From assembly GCA_965203905.1 (NCBI GenBank), contig CBDBDQ010000005.1:3040001-3104000 (forward strand): DNA of 64,000 bases. The letters run 5' to 3'. Position 1 is the stretch's first letter, and each line of letters begins with the position of its first letter. The DNA comes from Spirochaetia bacterium (GTDB taxonomy: Bacteria; Spirochaetota; Spirochaetia; SZUA-6; Bin103). Positions 29,122 through 39,135 of the stretch are shown in pieces. A program made the translations under genes and the position numbers. A model generated the notes under the pieces. The model was not told where the DNA came from and searched no databases. It saw nothing but the letters and a program-made list of their open reading frames with translations.

Positions 29122-30702
29122 TCACCACGGCGCCACCGGCTCCATGTCCCAGGCTTCCACGACGGACGCCCGCGCGGCGCCGCCGGCCGCGAACAGCCGC
29201 ACCCCGATGCTGTCGGCGCGGGTCGGGTAGACCCGCTGGGTGAGGCTCTGGCGGCCGTTGGCGAACACCTCGATCACCGACCGGTCGATGAATACCCGCA
29301 GCTCCAGTAATTCCCCCGTCGCAAGGCGGAAGGGGGCCGCCTGCACCATGCCGGCGGTGGGGAACGCCTCCTCGCGGTCCGAATCGTAGTACCCGTATTG
29401 CAGGTCATCCGCCAGGCTGGAGCGGCGGAAGTCGACTTGCAGCTTGCGCTCCCCCGGCAGGCAGGAGATCACGGTCTGCTCGCTGCCGTCCGGTGAGCAC
29501 AGCACCTTCACCCCCACCTCGGTGGCGGCGCCGGGGTCGATCCGCAGGAACAGCTCGATGGTGTTGCCCGAGATGCCCTCAAGCATCACCCTCTCGCCCG
29601 CGGGCACGCGTATGTCCGTCTGCCGGCGCGGGTTGAGGCGCAACGCCTCCAGCTCCGGCGCCGGAGCGATGGCGAGCGTGCCGTCGGCCGCCAGCGACAG
29701 CACCCGCGGCAGGCTCACCACGGAGGCCCAGGCGAGCAGGTTGCGCTCTTCCGGCCTCGCCTTCGTTCCGCGTTCGTAGCCGAACAGGGCTGCGGCGCCG
29801 GGACGGAAGTCGGCCATCCAGCCGAACATGATGTTGCGGCCGCGGTCGTCGATCAGCGATTCGGGCGCCGAGAGCTGGCCGCTCATCCAGCTCATCCGCC
29901 CGTGGAGTTGCGGCACGAAGCGGCGGTCCCGGTAGCTGCCCAGGTAGTAGTGAGTGGTGTTGCCGTAGGGGCGGTGGCAGTGCATCAGGAGCATGTGGCG
30001 GTCCCCGATCGGGAAGAAGTCGGGGCAGGCCGCGTCCTCCGCCTCCAGTGTCCACTCGCGGCGCGACCGGTAGAAGGGGCCCTGGTACTCCCAGTGGATC
30101 AGGTCGGGCGAGGTGAACAGGCTGGTGCAGTCGCCCTCGTAGCCGGGGCGGCGGTTCTTGTTGCCGATCAGCGCACAGTAGGTCCCCTGCTCGTACCAGC
30201 CGGCGGGGTCGAACACGACGTACTCGTCGTCCTCGCGGTGCAGCGGGATGACCGGGTTCTGCGGCAGCTCCCGCCACTCGATCAGGTCGCCGTCCTCGGC
30301 CACGGCGATGCAGGTGCCCTGTCCGGGCACGTGATAGATCAGGGTCGGGCGAGGGGCGTTCTTGATCGCCCCGCCGCTGTAGATGCCGCGTGGCGTCGAC
30401 CCGTCCGGCTTCGGCCTGACGGCCGGCGGGTGCTGGATCCAGTGCACCAGGTCACGGCTGGAAACGTGGTCCCACACGGCGACCCAGAGCTCCTCGCCGG
30501 GACGCCGGGGATACGGGATCGGCTCCCGCGCCAGGTAGAACAGGTGGTAGCGGCCGTTCCAGAACAGCGCCCCGTTGGGATCGTTGAAGAATCCTTCGGG
30601 AGGAACGAGGTGATAGCGCGGCCGGTGCGGATCCTGCCAGATCAGCTCCCGGATCCGGCGGGCGCTGCGAATCAGTTCCTGAACATCCCCAGGGCTACTC
30701 AC
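29122..30702 (-). CDS. Glycoside hydrolase family 32-like protein with an altered active site
   Basis: RPRYH..PP.GFFNDPNG, YHLFY, SRDLVHW, C-terminal IDRSVIEVFANG…RVYP; RDP is FDP and EC is AC. Confidence 0.88.
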   Translation of the reverse strand: MSSPGDVQELIRSARRIRELIWQDPHRPRYHLVPPEGFFNDPNGALFWNGRYHLFYLAREPIPYPRRPGEELWVAVWDHVSSRDLVHWIQHPPAVRPKPDGSTPRGIYSGGAIKNAPRPTLIYHVPGQGTCIAVAEDGDLIEWRELPQNPVIPLHREDDEYVVFDPAGWYEQGTYCALIGNKNRRPGYEGDCTSLFTSPDLIHWEYQGPFYRSRREWTLEAEDAACPDFFPIGDRHMLLMHCHRPYGNTTHYYLGSYRDRRFVPQLHGRMSWMSGQLSAPESLIDDRGRNIMFGWMADFRPGAAALFGYERGTKARPEERNLLAWASVVSLPRVLSLAADGTLAIAPAPELEALRLNPRRQTDIRVPAGERVMLEGISGNTIELFLRIDPGAATEVGVKVLCSPDGSEQTVISCLPGERKLQVDFRRSSLADDLQYGYYDSDREEAFPTAGMVQAAPFRLATGELLELRVFIDRSVIEVFANGRQSLTQRVYPTRADSIGVRLFAAGGAARASVVEAWDMEPVAPW

Positions 30703-31168
30703 TCGAAGCGCGCTTCAGCTCGGCCACATCGGCTTTCAACTCAGCTACCTCCGCCTGCAGCGTGCGCAGGTCGGTGGCAAAGGCGGAGCGTTCGAACCCC
30801 ACCAGTACCCCCGCCACGACTCGCGAAGGCAGCTCGGTGTGCAGCTCCCGCGTCTCGCGCCCCAGCGTCTCTACTTCGCCAGTCAACCCATCCAGGCGGC
30901 CGTCAACACGGTCCAGGCGGCGACCTTGCTCGGCCACCTCGTCGCTCAGCCCATCCAGGCGGCCGTCAACACGGTCCAGGCGGCGACCTTGCTCGGCCAC
31001 CTCGTCGCTCAGCCCATCCAGGCGGCCGTCAACACGGTCCAGGCGGCCGTCGATACGGCCCAGGCGCCCGCGCACGTCGCCCAGGCCGATCCGTACCTCT
31101 CCCACCTCGCCGCGTAGCTCGTTTACCGCACCGAGCACGTCCCGTAGCGTCGGCTCGCTTTCACTCAT
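30695..31168 (-). CDS. Small coiled-coil heptad-repeat protein of unknown function, 157 aa
   Basis: MSESEPTLRDVLGAVNELR… with repeated RLDRVDGRLDGLSDEVAEQG; AGGGG SD-like sequence. Confidence 0.75.
   Translation of the reverse strand: MSESEPTLRDVLGAVNELRGEVGEVRIGLGDVRGRLGRIDGRLDRVDGRLDGLSDEVAEQGRRLDRVDGRLDGLSDEVAEQGRRLDRVDGRLDGLTGEVETLGRETRELHTELPSRVVAGVLVGFERSAFATDLRTLQAEVAELKADVAELKRASSE
30887..31047. repeat. 63-bp perfect tandem repeat, about 2.5 copies (21 aa = three heptads)
   Basis: Units start at 30887, 30950 and 31013 (CCCATCCAGGCGGCCGTCAACACGGTCCAGGCGGC…). Confidence 0.95.
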
Positions 31169-31239
31169 ACCCCTAACTCTACCATACCGCCGGGAGGAAC
31201 GGGCCACCCGTGCGCTCGTTGCCGGTGGGTGCAGTGCGC

Positions 31240-32582
31240 TCAGCGGAACGCGTCGAGGCGGGTGCGCAGGCGCTCCAGGTCGGCGGCGTAGACGGGATCG
31301 TCGACCAGGTTGCGGTTCTCTTCGGGATCGGCGTCCAGATCGAAGAGCTGCTCCGGCCAGTCCCGGCCGTGGAAGCGGAAGTACTTCAGGTGGTCCTGCT
31401 TCACCATCTCGGAGGGTCCGTTGAGCTCGTGGTAGAGCTCGCAGTAGACCTCGTTGGGCCAGTCGGCCGCGTCGCCCTGCATCAGCGGCAGCAGGGAGCG
31501 CCCGTCCAGGCCGGGCGGGACCGGGATGTCCGCCAGGTCGCACAGGGTCGGAAACAGGTCGACCAGGGAGACGTTGTGGCGCACGGTCTGTCCTCCGCCG
31601 GCATTGCTCCCCGGCGCCGTGATGCTGAACGGCACCCGCGCCGAGGCCTCGAAGAACTGCTGCTTTTCCCACAGCCCCTTCTGCCCCAGCATCTCGCCGT
31701 GGTCGCTGAGGAACGCGATCACGAAATCGTCGAGCACATTGAGCTCCTCCAGCTTGGCGATTACCCGCCCGTACTGGCGGTCCACCAACTCGATCATGCC
31801 GTAGTAGGCGGCGGTGGCGCGGTGCGCCTCGCGCCAGGTCACGTCGGTGCCCACCCGCACCTTGAAGAAGTCGGCGCAGTCGAACTGCTCGGCCAGCTCC
31901 TCGACGTAGGGCTCGACGCGGCGCAGGTAGTAGCTGAACAGATCCTCCGGACACTGGTAGGGGTAGTGGGGGCTGTTCAGGCTCACCGCCAGCATCAAGG
32001 GACCCTCGCCGGGGCGGTCGTAGGGCTCGCCGACGAAGTACTCGTCCAGGAACAGCAGCGCGCCATCCACCGTGTACAGGTCCTGCTGCAAATGGTGGCC
32101 CTTGCCGGCGCGGGCATTGGTGATCTCCTTCACCGTCGGCCACTTCCCCGTGCCCGATACGTGCGGCCGGCGGCCTGCCGCTGCGGCTCGCCGGTTCGCG
32201 GCAGGCGCATGTTCACCGCGATGTCGCGCCCGATGCGCTCGCGCCAGCCGTGCATCTGGTCGTAGCCGAGGAAGTGCATTTTGCCGGCACAGACCGGGTT
32301 GTAGCCGTAGTTGGCAAAGTGCGCGGGCATGGTGAGCACGTCGCTCGGCAGCGGCGTGTCGAAGCCGGTGCAGCCGTTGTGCCGCGGGTAGAGGCCGGTG
32401 AGGAAGCTCTGCCGTGCGGGCACGCACACCGGCGCCGGGGTATACGCCGAGCGGAAGTAGGTGCCGCCCTCGATGATGCGATCCAGGGTGGGCATGCGGA
32501 TGTGGGGGTTGCCCTCGACCGCCATCACGTCGGGCCGGTGCTCGTCGTCGATCAGCAGCAGAATGTGCGGTTTGTCGCTCAT
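31240..32582 (-). pseudogene. Sulfatase (choline-sulfatase-like, Cys-type), frameshift at about 32178
   Basis: KPHILLLIDDEHR, CVPAR FGly motif and GKMHF in one frame; SPHYPY, SDHGEMLG..GLW.K, LFDL..DP.E in the next. Confidence 0.9.
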
Positions 32583-32658
32583 GGTTCTGGCCACCACCTT
32601 AGGTGTTGCCGCTGCACCGCGCAATGCGTTGCGCTGGTCTTGCGTCACTGTGTGCACC

Positions 32659-32844
32659 GTGAAGTCGATCACGACTCACAAGCTGGATGACGATCTGGCC
32701 CGTGAACTGGAACTGCATGCTCGGCGTGCAGGGGTGTCGATCAACCGGTTGACGACTACTCGTGTCCCACGTGGATGGCAAGGCGCGGGGGTGTGCCGTG
32801 CCAGCTCGATGAGAGCAGCGCCGAGATCGAGAGCCTCGTGGTAA
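32659..32844 (+). pseudogene. Decayed FitA/RHH-type antitoxin
   Basis: MKSITTHKLDDDLARELELHARRAGVSINRL, after which similarity collapses. Confidence 0.6.
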
Positions 32845-33042
32845 ACAGCGCTGTCGTGGCGGCGGTACCGGCGCGCGTCTGGTGAGCTATCTGCTGCCGC
32901 AGGCGCGGGCACGCACCTGGTGGTGGAGTCGGTCGACCTTCATGGAGCAGGTATTCACCGAGGCGTCACGGGAACCGCGGACTGGTCGGCGTCACCCTTC
33001 GTGGTGGCACACGAGGAGCCGTGCCAACGATCGACCTTTTCA

Positions 33043-33320
33043 CTATCTCTTCTTGAACAGAACATGTGCCGCAAAACCCCTTCGGGTCGATGAAGGTGCC
33101 CGCGGATAGGTTACTATCGCGCGATACACATCACGTATCTTTTGGTACACATCGATCCGGCTGAAGGTAGCGCCCGGATTGTAATCGGCTTCTTCTCGCA
33201 ACTCCTTCATGTTCCGTAAGCGGTGCTAGTCGCTCTTCTGAGGAGAGCCTGACGAGGGCGCCCAGTATCGTCATGTTCCGCTAGAATCAATGCTGCGGCC
33301 AGAAGATGTATGGGATTCAC
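33043..33320 (-). pseudogene. HEPN-domain gene with an internal deletion
   Basis: MNPIHLLAAALILAEHDDTGRPRQALLRRATSTAY joined out of frame to MKELREEADYNP…RRGFAAHVLFKKR*; the middle is missing. Confidence 0.7.
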
Positions 33321-33676
33321 TCGTCAGACACCTGGGACAGCTCTACGGACAGCTCCTCTAAACGTCTCTTGAGATACTTCATGTCTTGATCGGTATACTT
33401 GGTCTTGTCCAATCTGTAGAGCACCGAGCAATTCTCTTCGAATAGGTCGTCAACTTCTGAGTGCCAATCATGGTCATACCAAAGGGGATCGTCTATGATC
33501 TCCGTATCTCCATCAAATACAACCGAGATTTGTATAAACTGCGAGCCGTCCATATCGGTCTTTCTCTGCGCCGAGACAGTCGGAAAGGATGCTTTGTCCT
33601 TGAAATGAGATTCAAGCAAGTTTCGCGTCAGGTTCTCCGCTTCGGCCAAGCGATCTTGAGTGCTGGCTTTGTCCAT
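33317..33676 (-). CDS. Acidic hypothetical protein, probable partner of the HEPN gene
   Basis: 119-aa ORF with GGAGAGG SD, visibly AT-richer, GTGA-coupled to the HEPN relic. Confidence 0.65.
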   Translation of the reverse strand: MDKASTQDRLAEAENLTRNLLESHFKDKASFPTVSAQRKTDMDGSQFIQISVVFDGDTEIIDDPLWYDHDWHSEVDDLFEENCSVLYRLDKTKYTDQDMKYLKRRLEELSVELSQVSDE

Positions 33677-33922
33677 TGACCTCTCCGCACCGAAATGTAC
33701 TATACCTCTTTGTTAACCGCAACTGTTGAACGCCAATTGCGCCCGTGCGGAGTTCGATGTTCTTTCCATCGCCGCGAGGGCATTTCACGATTACCTGGGG
33801 CTCGGCAGCCCTGAGATTCGTTTCCTTGGCGCCAACGCCGTCCAGGTGACGGGTAGTAGCGCACGACTCAAGCCCAACGTCCGTTACTCCGTGAGGGGGC
33901 ATCTGCAAGAGAGTCGCCTCGG

Positions 33923-33975
33923 GCCCTCCGCCAAGCCGGCACGCCGCTGCCCATGAACGACGTGTGGATCGCTGG
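33923..33975 (+). pseudogene. C-terminal fragment of a VapC/FitB PIN toxin
   Basis: ALRQAGTPLPMNDVWIA matches the GtPIpxNDxWIAA VapC motif. Confidence 0.6.
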
Positions 33976-34064
33976 GCCCCGTGTAGGAGCCTGCTCGTTT
34001 GGAGCAGGTCTGGCTGCTTGACCGCTTGCGGGCTGGGCCGTAGAGTCGGCGCCAAGGAGGCATC

Positions 34065-35150
34065 ATGGCGCTTCCGGGAACGACGCAACGATTCACCGCC
34101 GGTCACCTGCACTCGATCACGCGGCGGATGTTCTCTGCCGCGGGCGCCCCGCGCTCCATCGCCGACGTGGTAGCCAGTATCCTGGTCAACGCCAACCTCG
34201 CCGGCCACGACTCCCATGGCGTGCTCCGCATCCCGGAGTATCTGGGTCTCGTCGAAGATGGCCGCTTGCAGGTGGATGCCGAGCCGACGGTACTGGCCGA
34301 GACCGCTAGCACCCTGCTCATCGACGGCAACCACGGCTTCGGCCACTACACGGCGCGCCACGCGATGGAGCGGGCCATCGAGAAGGCCCGGCGTTCGGCG
34401 ATCTGTTGCGTGAATCTGGTGCGCAACGGGCACCTCGGCCGCCTGGGCGAGTACGTGGAGCAGGCGGCGCAGGCCGGCTGCATCGGCATCGTTACCGCCG
34501 GCGCGGGCCGGGCCGGTCACGGCGGCATGACCCCATACGGCGGCGCGCTGGGCGCATTCGGCACCAATCCGATCGCCGTTGGCGTCCCGACCGGCGACAG
34601 CGTCCCGTTCGTCATCGACTATGCCACCGCCATGATCGCGGAGGGGAAGGTGCGCGTCGCCCGCAGCAAGGGAGAAGACCTGCCGGAGGGCTGCATCGTC
34701 GACCGCCACGGGATGCCGAGCGTCAAGCCTGAGGACTTCTACGACGGCGGCTACCTGCTGCCGTTCGGCAACCACAAGGGCTACGCGCTGGCGCTGCTGA
34801 CCTGTCTCCTCGGCGGGCTGTCGGGCCGCTTCGACGTCGAGCACGGCGCGATGGACGGAGCCTACCTGCAGGCGATCGACGTGGCCGCGCTGACACCCCT
34901 GGAATCCTATCAGGAAGGCGTGCGGGCGTTCCTGGACGGCATCAGGCGGACGCCGCCGGCGCCCGGGTTCGACGCGGTGCTGGTCCCGGGCGACTTCGAG
35001 CATCGCTCCCGCAGCGAGCGCCTGGTGCATGGTATCGAGGTGCCGGACGCGATCTACCGGCAGATCGAAGAGTGTGCCGCCAAGCTCGACGTGGGGCTCG
35101 GCGAGGACGCGATCGCCGCGTCGGACTTTGAACGCTACGTGACGAAGTAG
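34065..35150 (+). CDS. Ldh_2 family (malate/L-lactate/ureidoglycolate-type) oxidoreductase
   Basis: GHDSHG, IDGNHGFG, HLGRLG.Y, GTNPIA, FGNHKGY. Confidence 0.92.
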   Translation: MALPGTTQRFTAGHLHSITRRMFSAAGAPRSIADVVASILVNANLAGHDSHGVLRIPEYLGLVEDGRLQVDAEPTVLAETASTLLIDGNHGFGHYTARHAMERAIEKARRSAICCVNLVRNGHLGRLGEYVEQAAQAGCIGIVTAGAGRAGHGGMTPYGGALGAFGTNPIAVGVPTGDSVPFVIDYATAMIAEGKVRVARSKGEDLPEGCIVDRHGMPSVKPEDFYDGGYLLPFGNHKGYALALLTCLLGGLSGRFDVEHGAMDGAYLQAIDVAALTPLESYQEGVRAFLDGIRRTPPAPGFDAVLVPGDFEHRSRSERLVHGIEVPDAIYRQIEECAAKLDVGLGEDAIAASDFERYVTK

Positions 35151-35197
35151 GCGCCGACGATGCTCCCTCGCGCACGAGATCGGGGAATCGCCACGGC

Positions 35198-36850
35198 GTG
35201 AGTTCCGTGGCCCCGCACGGGATCGAGTATCCGGCGCATCGGCCCTCCGTAGCCGGGCTCAACGGCATGGTGGCGTCGGGGCATCCGCTCGCCTCCCAGG
35301 CCGGCGTGCGCATCATGCAGGCGGGCGGCAACGCGATCGACGCGGCGATTGCCGCTGCCGCGGCGGTGGGCGTGGTGGAGCCGGCCATGTCGGGCGTCGG
35401 CGGCGACGGCTTCGTCCTGATCTACGACGCCGCAACGGGGCGGCCGTACGGCGTCAACGCCACCGGTCCGGCGCCGGCAGGCGCGACGCGCGAGCGGTAC
35501 CTGGATCGCGGCGGCATTCCCCTGCACGGGATGCTGAGCGTCTCCGTGCCGGGGCTGGTCGACGGCTGGCTGCTGGCGCAGCGCCGCTTCGGCAAGCTGG
35601 ACCTCTCCCAGGTGCTCGCCCCCGCGGTCGAGCTGTGCGAGCGCGGCTTCCCGGTGAGCCACAAGCTGGCCGCGACCCTGGAGACCGAGTACGCGTCGCT
35701 GGCGGAAGATGCCGCCGCCGGGGCGGTGTTCGCGCCGCGCGGGGGACCGTTGCGGGCCGGAGAGCTGCTGGTGCAGCAGGATCTGGGCACGACCCTGCGG
35801 CGGATCGCCGAGCAGGGGCGGGCGGCGTTCTACGAGGGCGCGATTGCGCGCGCGATAGGGGAGGCCGGCCGCGCCCACGGCGGCGTGCTGGTCGAGGACG
35901 ACCTCGCCGCCTACCACGCCCGCTGGGACGAGCCGATCCACGTAGACTACCACGGCCACCGGGTGTACGAGATGCCGCCCAATTCGAGCGGCCACGTCCT
36001 GCTGCAGGCGCTCAACCTGGTGGAACGGTTCGACCTCGGTGCCATGGGCTGCCTGTCGGCCGACGCGATCCACCTCATGGTGGAGGCGATCCGGCTCGCC
36101 TTCGCCGACCGCGAACGGTACCTGGCGGACCCCGACTGGATCGCCGTGCCGCTCGACGGCCTGCTGTCCAAGGCCTACGCCCGCCAGCGGGCAGCCGCGA
36201 TCGACCTGGAGCGGACCACACCCGACGTCGGCCCCGGCGACCCGTTCCGTACGGACCAGACCGGCGACACCACCTGCCTGTGCACCGCCGACGGCGCGGG
36301 CAATGCAGTGTGCCTGCTGCAGAGCATCCAGACCGCGTTCGGCTCCTGCGTGATCGCCGGCGACACCGGCATCCTGCTCAACAACCGCATGACCTACTGG
36401 CACCTGGAGCCGGGCCACCCGAACGTCCTGGCGCCGGGCAAGCGGGTCCGCCACACGATGAACCCGGTCATCGTCACCCGCGCCGGCCACCCCGTCATCG
36501 TGTGCGGCACGCCGGGGGCGGACACCCAGGTGCAGACCAACCTGCAACTGCTCACCAACGCCATCCACTTCGGGATGACCCCGCAGGAGGCGGTCGAGGC
36601 GCCGCGCTGGCGCAGCCTGCAGAACCCGATGGAGTCGACCGTGCCGCACACCTGCGAGGACCGGCTGGAGCTGGAGACGCGTTTCGCGCCGGCGGTGCGG
36701 GCGGCCCTGCAGCGCAAGGGGCACCGCATCCGGACCGTCGGCCCCTGGGGCGGTCCCGGCAACGCCCAGTTCATCCAGATCGATCCCGCTACCGGCGCCC
36801 TGCTGGGCGGCTCGGACCCGCGCCGCGACGGCTACGCGGTCGGCTTCTGA
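35198..36850 (+). CDS. ggt: Gamma-glutamyltransferase family protein
   Basis: GGNAIDAA, PAMSGVGGDGF, PPNSSG, GD/TT nucleophile, GTPG, GGSDPRRDG. Confidence 0.93.
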   Translation: MSSVAPHGIEYPAHRPSVAGLNGMVASGHPLASQAGVRIMQAGGNAIDAAIAAAAAVGVVEPAMSGVGGDGFVLIYDAATGRPYGVNATGPAPAGATRERYLDRGGIPLHGMLSVSVPGLVDGWLLAQRRFGKLDLSQVLAPAVELCERGFPVSHKLAATLETEYASLAEDAAAGAVFAPRGGPLRAGELLVQQDLGTTLRRIAEQGRAAFYEGAIARAIGEAGRAHGGVLVEDDLAAYHARWDEPIHVDYHGHRVYEMPPNSSGHVLLQALNLVERFDLGAMGCLSADAIHLMVEAIRLAFADRERYLADPDWIAVPLDGLLSKAYARQRAAAIDLERTTPDVGPGDPFRTDQTGDTTCLCTADGAGNAVCLLQSIQTAFGSCVIAGDTGILLNNRMTYWHLEPGHPNVLAPGKRVRHTMNPVIVTRAGHPVIVCGTPGADTQVQTNLQLLTNAIHFGMTPQEAVEAPRWRSLQNPMESTVPHTCEDRLELETRFAPAVRAALQRKGHRIRTVGPWGGPGNAQFIQIDPATGALLGGSDPRRDGYAVGF

Positions 36851-37001
36851 CCTCCGGTATCAGCCCACCCTACTGGGTTCCTGGTACAGGGGAGGCGTGT
36901 GTTCAATGCCAATGAGTCCGTCGATAGAAAGATCTTCGTCGATTTGCGGCCAGTGAATCCCGTATCCAGCAGGTGAGACAACAGAGCCGTCAGGGGCGTG
37001 G

Positions 37002-37841
37002 TCAGGTGAAGCTGACGCCGGCGATTTGGGGCCACTCCGCGACCGGCGGCGGTGGGCCGTTGCCGCCGCCGTCCACCGTCTGATCGAAGTCGACCACCGA
37101 GCCGGTCATCATGCCGGACTCGTCGGACGCCAGAAAGGCAACGGCGCGGGCGATCTCGTCCGGCTTCAGGAGGCGACCGAACGGCTTCGATGCCTCGGCG
37201 GCCTCCAGCCAGCCGTCGGTGGCGCCGTGGTAGCGGCGCTGGATCGTGTCCTCGGCCGGGGTATCCATCGAGCCAACGTGGATGGCGTTCACCCTGATTC
37301 GACTGTGCATCACCGCGTAGGCGACGTTCTTGGTGAGGGCGTCGAGGGCGCACTTGGACATGGCGTAGCTCATCAGGAACGGGGGACCGCAACGGGTCAC
37401 CACGCTTGAGATGTTGACGACCGAGCCGCTCACCCGCTCGCGCTGCATCAGCCTGATGGCATCCTGCATCAGCAACAGCGGCGCGCGTGCGTTCACCGCC
37501 ATCATGCGATCGAACCCTTCCGGGCTGGCGCTCCAGATGCTGTCGCGATCGGTGACCGCGGCGGCGTTCACCAGCACGTGCAGCGTGCCGAAGCGCTCGT
37601 CGGCGGTGGCGATCACGCGGCGGCAGTTGGCCACCTCGGCAAGGTCGCCGGGCACGTAGTACGCCCGGCACCCGCTCGCCTCCAGGTCCGCCGCTACCGC
37701 CTCACCACGCGCTACGTCGCGCCCGCTCAGCACGATCCCGGCGGCCCCGCGCGCCGCGAACAGCCGCGCAACCGCCTCGCCCAGCCCCTGGCTGCCGCCG
37801 GTCACCACCGCGTAACGCCCCTGCAAGGAATCCTGACTCAT
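37002..37841 (-). CDS. SDR family oxidoreductase
   Basis: [30 protein letters not shown]. Confidence 0.92.
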   Translation of the reverse strand: MSQDSLQGRYAVVTGGSQGLGEAVARLFAARGAAGIVLSGRDVARGEAVAADLEASGCRAYYVPGDLAEVANCRRVIATADERFGTLHVLVNAAAVTDRDSIWSASPEGFDRMMAVNARAPLLLMQDAIRLMQRERVSGSVVNISSVVTRCGPPFLMSYAMSKCALDALTKNVAYAVMHSRIRVNAIHVGSMDTPAEDTIQRRYHGATDGWLEAAEASKPFGRLLKPDEIARAVAFLASDESGMMTGSVVDFDQTVDGGGNGPPPPVAEWPQIAGVSFT

Positions 37842-37895
37842 GGCAGCGCTACCATAGCCGGGCACCACTGCGTGGTCAAAACCGGCCGGCCGGCG

Positions 37896-39091
37896 TCAGC
37901 CGTCGGCCACCTCGAACGCCGTCACGTTGCGCGTCTCGCGGCTGAACTCCACCCCGATCAGGTGGATCGGCTCGCCCCGGTCCCGGTACTTCGCCGCGTA
38001 GCCCCGCTCGCGGAGTTGCGCCAGGGCCGCTCCCGGGGACGCCATTTCGACCACCTTGAACTCGAACAGGTGCACGTGTCCGCCGGTCGTCACCGCCATG
38101 TCCAGCCGGCCGTGGCTGCTCGAATCCTCGACCACGATCTCGTATCCCAGCGCGGCGAAGTAGGAGTAGAACACGCTGGCGTAGAATCCCTCGTAGTGCG
38201 CGATGTCGTTGTTGGTGTACCAGTGGTACGGAATGCTGGCGAAGAAGGCGTGGAACAACTCCTTCAGTCCCGCACAGTCGTGCGCCGCCAGCAGCCGTTG
38301 CAGGCGAATGCTGTTCGCCGTCTGTTGCTCGCCGTCCTGCACCAGATGCTGCAGCAGACACTCGTTCAGGCTCTGCCGCACCTCGCGGTTGGGATAGCCC
38401 AGCCGGTACAGCGCCTTGCCGCCCAGCTCCTCTTCCCCGGTGATCGTCAGGTAGCCGGTCTGGAACAGCAGCGCCTCGGTGCCGATGTGCTCCACGTCGA
38501 ACGTAGACAGCAGCGCCTCCGTGCTGACCGTGTGGTCCAGCGATACCGACGTGACTCGCCGCTCGAACAGCTTGTCCACCAGAAACGCCGGCGTCCCGGT
38601 CTCGAACCAGTGGGCGGCGAACTTGCGGCGGCGCAGCAGCAGCAGCACGTCGTACGGGTTATAGACTCTCTCCGCGCCCAGCCAGCTATAGCCGTCGTAC
38701 CACTCGCGCACCCGCTCCCGGTCCAGGCCCCCAGCTCCGGGGCGAACACCGTGTCCAGATCGCCCTCCGTGTACCCGCAGATCGACGAGTAGACCGGATC
38801 CAGCGTGAGGTCGGTGAGATTGTTCAACTGGGAAAAGAGGTTCACCTTGGAGAACTTGCTGATGCCCGTCAGAAACGCGAACTCGACGTGCGCGTCGCTG
38901 TCCTTGATCACCCCGTACAGCCCGCGCAGGTAGTCGCGGTTGGCGCGCGCCACCTCCGGCTTCTCCAGCGCGTCCAGGATCGGCTTGTCGTACTCGTCCA
39001 CCAGCACCGCCACCCGCCGTCCAGCGCGGGTATGCAATGTCCTGAGCAGATGCGCGAACCGCTCCGGCCCGGTGGCGTAACGCACGCTCAT
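37896..39091 (-). pseudogene. AAA-ATPase-like + PD-(D/E)XK nuclease (DUF1703/PDDEXK_9 type); 5' truncated, frameshift at about 38730
   Basis: LVDEYDKP, FLTGISKFSK, WYDGY, YNPY, YPNREV, GRLDM…FEFK…IGVEFS; Walker A region absent. Confidence 0.88.
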
Positions 39092-39135
39092 CGCCGGTTG
39101 ACACGGCGCAAGCGCTGCTCAATGAATGGCCAACC

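Noticed and set aside
30887-31047. Repeat array as a possible CRISPR
   Set aside because: Contiguous 63-bp units with no unique spacers, in frame within an ORF, and no cas genes nearby
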